Below, piece after piece: positions 57,993-64,000 of a stretch of DNA of 64,000 nt. The notes beneath the pieces are model-generated. The model saw only the letters and a program-made list of their open reading frames with translations, was not told where the DNA came from and ran no database searches. Each line of letters starts with the position of its first letter. Position 1 is the first letter of the stretch. This DNA is from Stylophora pistillata (Eukaryota). Both the position numbers and the translations under genes were made by a program. Where the stretch lies: assembly GCF_002571385.2 (NCBI RefSeq), contig NW_019217918.1, positions 288,704-352,703 of the forward strand, given 5' to 3'.

Positions 57993-60900
57993 ATGAATAG
58001 TCACGGATTTGGATTGGAAGATTTCAGCGATGAACAATTTTTTATCGGCGGGGTAACACTTCTGTTTACAGGACTGATTGGCTTTTTTGGTAATCTGCTT
58101 GTTTTGATTGTCACATACAGAATTCTTCGGCACAAAAGAAACATTCCTAATGTACTAATATTATTCTTAGCCTGGACAGACCTGTTAGTGTTTCCTTTAG
58201 CGTATCCGCAATCGTTGATAAAATATTTTTTCGGGGTTTACATTGGAAACTACATGGGTTGCGATTTTCAAGCAACAGCTATCACGTTTCTCTTCATGTC
58301 TTCTATTATTCTTGTTGTTCTAATGAGCATCGATCGCCTCCTAGCATTAAGTGAACCATTTTATTACGACAGGCATATGATTTACGACAAGGAGAAAGTT
58401 AAAGTGGCATCTATCGGCATCGGTTGCTCAGTTCTTACTTTGAGTTTACTCCCAGCCTTTGGAGTCAGCAGAAATGTTCTTCATTTTCCTGGGACGTTCT
58501 GTTTATTCGAATGGGACTCGGATTCATTTGATGGCCGAGCGCTGGTTTATATTTTCATTTCATCGTTAGCCTTTGCTATGTTGTTGGTCATTTCATGTAA
58601 TTTAATTACAGTTCTAATGGCTTTAAGACTCTCGCTTCGTAAACAGGATAGCATAAGTAAGCCTCGTTCTGATGAAGAGGCGGCGAACTCTAGGCCTTTA
58701 GAACATCACTGCAACCCTGGAAAAATGGAAATTCAGTTCGCTAAACTAAGTGGTGCTGTTACCTTTACATTTATTAGTTGCTGGAGTTTGTTTCTGGTAA
58801 GTAAAGCCACCTTCTTGGAAGTCCGGGTAAGAGATTCCTCTCCGTGTATGCAACTTCTTGACGACTTAGTTCGAATTTTGTACCACTGATTTCAACGCTA
58901 CAACTTGATCACCCTTCGGCTTGACGACGACACATATTGCGACGGAACAGCACAATTATGACACGACTAGAAAACGAGTCGACAAGCGATGGACCATCCA
59001 ATGACGCGTCAACACGACGACCACACGCGACAATAGTTTGATTTAACTGCAGACCACAAAAACTTATTTTATGACAGCGAAATATGACTTTGCATTGAAA
59101 TGACTCTGATACGAAATGAAATGCGAATACAACACGACCTTGTCACGATTACATTATGACTGTAGGACGACTGAAGTACGACAAGTACGACTATGGCCCG
59201 ACCGTGACACGACAGCATTACCGACACGGCTTACCCTCGACTGTGCGCAGATCACACCTTTCTTTGTCTTTCTTTTGTTTTTTGTTTTAGTTGTTGTAAT
59301 TTTTTAAGATATTTATTATAGGATTATTTCTTGTTTCATTGAAATATTTACTTCCAGTTAAACAATTATCTGCATCAGTATTGATTTTATATTTTCCAGT
59401 TGCGGGTGACGCTTATCCAAAATGGCTGGCCATTTGAGGAACTGATCGACTTCCTTGCAGTACGTCTGGCTTCCCTTCACACAGTAGTTAATCCTTGGCT
59501 ATATCCTTTAACAAGGAGGAAATACCGCGATGCATTCTGGTACCTACTGACGTTGTTTGTGTATTATGCCACCTGTACACTACTGGTAACCAGGCCTGGT
59601 ACCACTCTAGGTAAGTAACGGGAGGGAGGAATGGGAACAAAACAACGACTTGTACGCACTTGGCTCCAACGGGAGAATGATATGGCAGTGTCACACCAAC
59701 AGGCCATTTCCAAATTACCTTTGGCCTCTTTTCAAAACGAGGCCTGGTGGTCAACCATTCGTATAAAAATGAATTTCATTTGCTAGTAAAATGAAAACGT
59801 ACTACCGTTTGAAAGGTTGAGCATCCGACTCGCTATTGGAGGCTATTGGAGATGACAGAGGGCTATAGTTTCAGAGTTCCAGTTTTGTACTGAAATTTAA
59901 ACAACTTTTTTACATATTATATTTATAAAAAAGGTCACTTTTTCGAGAGTACCCTCGTTTTGAAACTGTGGTGACCATTATGACACGAGACCCAGGCTCC
60001 CTAGCCCAGGCTCCCTAGCCCAGGCTCCCTAGCCCAGGCTCCCTAGCCTAGCCTAGGAGTACAGTATGGTAGGTATGCACTTAAATCAAAAGGATGTTTC
60101 TCAGTTATGATAAAGAGTAAAAGAAAGACACCACGAGGACAAAAAAAGAAGTACATACACCTAAATACAGAGAACCAGCTAAGAAGAACTAGTTTCAGTC
60201 TCCAAGTAAAAAGACATACAGAAATCGGAAAAAATTTATGATAAATCTTTTCCGATTTCCGTACGTCTTTTTACTCTTTACATCCCAACATCAATATGCA
60301 TATTCTCCATACTGTTCGCCATACATTTCCTTAGGTACTTTCAAGGAAAATTTGTCGTCGCGGTTTCGGTTCGCAGACGACGCAAATTTTGGCGATTTCA
60401 CGTTATTGTTTTGCATAGGACGGCTAAGAAATGTACAAAGTTTTAAAATGCACGTGCTGAGCTATTGTTCTGCCAATTAGATCTCTTGTTTTTCCACGTC
60501 CTCGTTGCCCTCGCCGTCGTGGTTTCTTAAACACGAAGGCGCGCTATATGAGGAAGTATTCCCTGGGAAGACCTAGGCTCATTTGTCACTCACCGTTGAC
60601 GTGTGCGGGTCAAATTCAAATGCTGGTAGACGAACAAAAGGAGCTAAGAGATATCTATTGTTTACTTCCACCAGCATGATGGCATGAGGTAACGTGCGAA
60701 CCACCTACTTCGATCTCAAATTTACAGCCACAAACAAAGACAGTTTCCATTGGAGAAAGGAAATACAAATCTCAAAAATTCTTGTATTGTGATGAAGACA
60801 TAAAACAATTTTGAGGAATGCGCCCGCTGTTCACTGCTTTGGAGTGGCTGCTCAAGCTAACTTGACTCTAAGAGTTCTATATCACACGACGGTGGATTGA

Positions 60901-61753
60901 CAAATGGTCCAGTGGGACATAAGGCTCCTTTTATAGCGCGTCTTCGTGTTTAAGGTCCCTATCGTCTCTGCTTAAGTTTTTTATTCTCAGGGCCTTTTAG
61001 TTTGTTTCAGGGGTAGTACTGCTTGGAGAAATCACAGACGGCCCAAGCTCTCTTTAAGAACCACACCAGGAACACAATTTGCATATCGATTTATAAGGAT
61101 TTGTATGGGATTTTCTACAAGATATCCATGGAGATAGTTAAACGGTGAAAATATTTAATAAAAATGGCTTACCTTATTCCATATGTGTGCTGTTTGCTCC
61201 TGGTGTCGTTATTTTACCCATTTAATCGGTGCAATAACGACACCAGGAGCAAACAACACACGTATGAAATAAGGTAAGCCATTTTTATTTAAAATTTTCA
61301 CTTTTAACTATCCATGGATATCTTGTAGAAAATCTCGTCCAAATCCTTATAAATCGATATGCAAATTGTGTTCCTTGTGTGGTTCTTAAAGAGAGCTTGG
61401 GCCGCCTGTGGAGAAACTAGATGGCAATCACTCTTGAAGTTAAAGACGTTTAGGGATTAAGACCATAAAATTACAGACTCCATTTGGTGCCTCCTCCATT
61501 GTCCTCGTCACCGGTTTTCGCGCAGCTCTGATATTTCTTACTAGACGCTCATTTTTTTTTACTTCGTTCATTCCTTGTACTTAGCTAAACAACAAGGACT
61601 TCTCTTATTGTAACAAAAAAATTAACTTAATTTATCTATAAATTGTTCATTTTTGCAGATGAAATAGTTGGCATCCAGTCTGAAGCGAGTCAGGTTCGTG
61701 AACTCTACCGAGAGGAACGACGACGATCAAGTGCTCAGCGGCTGGTCAAATAA
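57993..61753 (+). CDS. Prostanoid (prostaglandin EP/TP/IP-type) receptor-like class A GPCR, 369 aa. Exons 57993-58796, 59400-59610, 61659-61753
   Basis: GN in TM1; LAWTDLL in TM2; MSIDRLLALSEPFYY; ECL2 FPGTFCLF (cf. PGTWCF); TM7 AVRLASLHTVVNPWLY (cf. AIRxASxNxILDPWIY). Phase-consistent GT-AG introns. Confidence 0.85.
59991..60053. repeat. 14-bp minisatellite (cccaggctccctag) x4
   Basis: Direct reading. Confidence 0.9.
61033..61410. mobile_element. Fully palindromic MITE (CA..TG termini, P-element-like, tentative)
   Basis: ~180-bp inverted arms cacagacggcccaagc / gcttgggccgcctgtg; flanks gagaaat / gagaaac. Confidence 0.85.
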
Positions 61754-62065
61754 AACCAGCGTCTCTGAAGTAGCATGTCAAGCTCGTGTCAGTGTCTGCT
61801 CAGCGGGGAAATCAGGACCAGTTTATGCTGAACAGGAAGCACGCTGTGTTATGACTTAACCCACAGAGGAGCGACGACGATCGAGTGCTCAGCGGCTTAT
61901 CAAATAAAACCAGCATATCAAGTAGCATGTCAAGCTCGTGCCAGTGTCTGCTCAGCGCTGAAATCTGGACCAGTTTACGCTAACAGGAAGCACGCTGTGT
62001 TACGACTTAACCCAGAGGAGCGACGACGATCAAGTGCTCAGCTCAGCATCTGGTCAAACAAAACT
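61710..62065 (+). repeat. ~150-bp tandem repeat (about 2.3 copies) covering the GPCR C-terminus, stop codon and 3' UTR
   Basis: agagga(a/g)cgacgacgatc...gtgctcagc recurs at ~61710, ~61865 and ~62014. Confidence 0.9.
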
Positions 62066-63279
62066 GTCAGTCAAGAAGCATCTCTAACTCTCCAGGCTCC
62101 TCTGGCGTCAATCCTGGAATCCTTGTATTCTCCATCCCATGTGGTTAAAATCCAAAATAAAATCTGAGATGAGTCTACAACACCTTTTCACAGGGGCTGA
62201 TCTTCACCCAAATCACGAGAAAAAAAATTCATGTGGCATGCACATTTGATGTTTTCGGAATAAAAACAGCGATAAAGAAAGTTCTAAAGAGGAAGCTTAC
62301 TCTGGTGTATAGTTCCCATGATGCATCTGAATTCGAATTGATTTCTGGTTTTTGAAACCAAAAATCAAAGGAAATAACTGTCACTGAAAATGTACAATAG
62401 TTACTGACCGTGCTTCGTATCTCTCAAGACAACAAAAAGAGAAACAAAAAAGAACAACAATAAAAAAGCAAGGAAAACTACAGGCGCTATTTTCCTGAGA
62501 ATGCAATCACTGAATCATGACAACTTTAAAAAAAGTTGTAAAAAGGATCCTACATCAGTTTCAGTTCTAGAGTGGGATCTGGGTACGAGATTAGTGCGCA
62601 GCTCAGTACATGTGGAAAACTAATGGTTGTTTAAGAAATAATTCAAGTTAGTGAAATGAACGAAGTCTTTCTGTTTACGAAAAAAAATTAGTGCTTCAGG
62701 GTTTTAGCGGCTTTTCCAAACCAGAACTTCTGAAAGTTTTCATAGGAGGGGGTGAGGGTAAAGGTTTCAGTGTACAGTGTCGGGAACATGCACCGTTCTT
62801 TGTTGACAACGTGATTAATACAGGCCCCGTTTATTCTTCTCTCTTATCCACATCACTGCTTCCTTTAATTACCTATTGCTACAAGGAAGGGAATCAAGCA
62901 ATTGAAAATTGATTGTTGAAAGTAATTCGGAGTCGTTAAGATGATATACTTTTGTTGACGTTTTATTGAGGGATATGCAAATCTGAGTCCCTACCATAAC
63001 TCGTTTCTTTGTTTCGCGTATCTACCAGTTAAAAATTAGAGGGCTCTCCGTGCATGGTGCATGGAAGATGATAAGGGTAACAATTACGTTTGGTTCTGAT
63101 TTCGACGTCTACACTACACGGAGAGCTGACAGCCGACAGCAAACCTTTAAACTTTCCATCATGTTCATAATTTTGTTTTAATGTGCATATGAAATGAGAT
63201 TTCAGATGGTACACGAAGCGAGTTGTGCAAAATTTATTTTTCAAGATTAGAGGAGTAGATCTGCTCCCAATATTTCACA

Positions 63280-63617
63280 AAGGGTAAACACCACAGCTTA
63301 CACTATTGAGTTATGGATGCACGCGGGAGGTTGCTAAGCACGAAAGAAGCGTAAGAGTTGCTCGAGGCGATAGCCCAAGTGAATCCATAACTCAATAGTG
63401 TACGCTGTGGTGTTTACCATTTGTTTATAACATAACATTAACACATTGTGGCTAAAGAGTTCCTTTTATTTAACAAATCTTACGTGACCAGAAAAAAACA
63501 AGCGCGCGCGGAAAAATAGTCTTTGCATTTGCTCACGTCAGCAGCGTACACCCATGGGCAAATGGGGGACGCTAAATTGACCAATCAGAGCGCGCGCTTT
63601 ACTTTTGTTATGTTATA
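63280..63617. mobile_element. Hairpin element, family D
   Basis: Hairpin at 63280-63423. Inverted pair tataacataaca (63426) / tgttatgttata (63606). ccaatcagagcgcgc near the far end. Confidence 0.65.
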
Positions 63618-64000
63618 GAAGGGGCTTGATACCAGGCCGCTATTGCAAGTGCAAATCCTGTTGAAGTCTTTTTTTATTCCAGCTTCAATTCATACTCTTT
63701 TTGTTTAATAACAAGGTTTTTTTCCAGGAACGTTCAGGCTGAGATTAACCAAAGTTTTAAAAACTTAACTGGCACATATACTAAAGAACACACCCAGGCA
63801 GAGTCAGTCAAGAACATCTTTACTTTAGTGATTTTTTTTTTTTGTGAGCAGTATAAATAAAGGTAAAAAGTAATGTAAAACTGTGGTTCTACAGGACAAC
63901 CAACTCAAATAGTTAGGGACATTTGATAACATGAATATTGCGGTTTTATTGTATTGCACGATACACTGAAGAACAACTCAGTTTGTAATCGAGCTTAGTC

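Overview
AT-rich, intron-rich animal DNA. The repeat families and gene style suggest a stony coral or other cnidarian (inference). Splice-aware reading gives six protein-coding genes. (1) A divergent TGF-beta/activin type I receptor-like gene (minus strand, runs off the left edge) whose kinase lacks the DFG/DLG aspartate and which carries a dead duplicate of its ectodomain exon. (2) An 8-exon EFCAB3-like EF-hand gene with a GC-AG intron. (3) A 3-exon SMIM15, missed by the ORF track. (4) RNF41/Nrdp1 with an intronless CDS. (5) A 12-exon ELAPOR/KIAA1324-like gene (1006 aa) with a decayed tandem duplicate of exon 1 and intron 1. (6) A 3-exon prostanoid-receptor-like GPCR. Mobile DNA is dense: tRNA-derived SINEs, decayed LINEs, Penelope-like fragments, a nested hAT-like cluster, a Mutator-like foldback built from 171-bp units, and many MITEs. 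Three observations stand out. At least five unrelated small elements share a 'long hairpin + inverted site pair + CCAAT' layout, and one keeps a Crypton-like tyrosine-recombinase first exon. A complete hammerhead ribozyme lies in sense orientation in a LINE 3' UTR. The receptor looks like a pseudokinase. Exon models and family names come from manual reading and recalled homology, not database searches.
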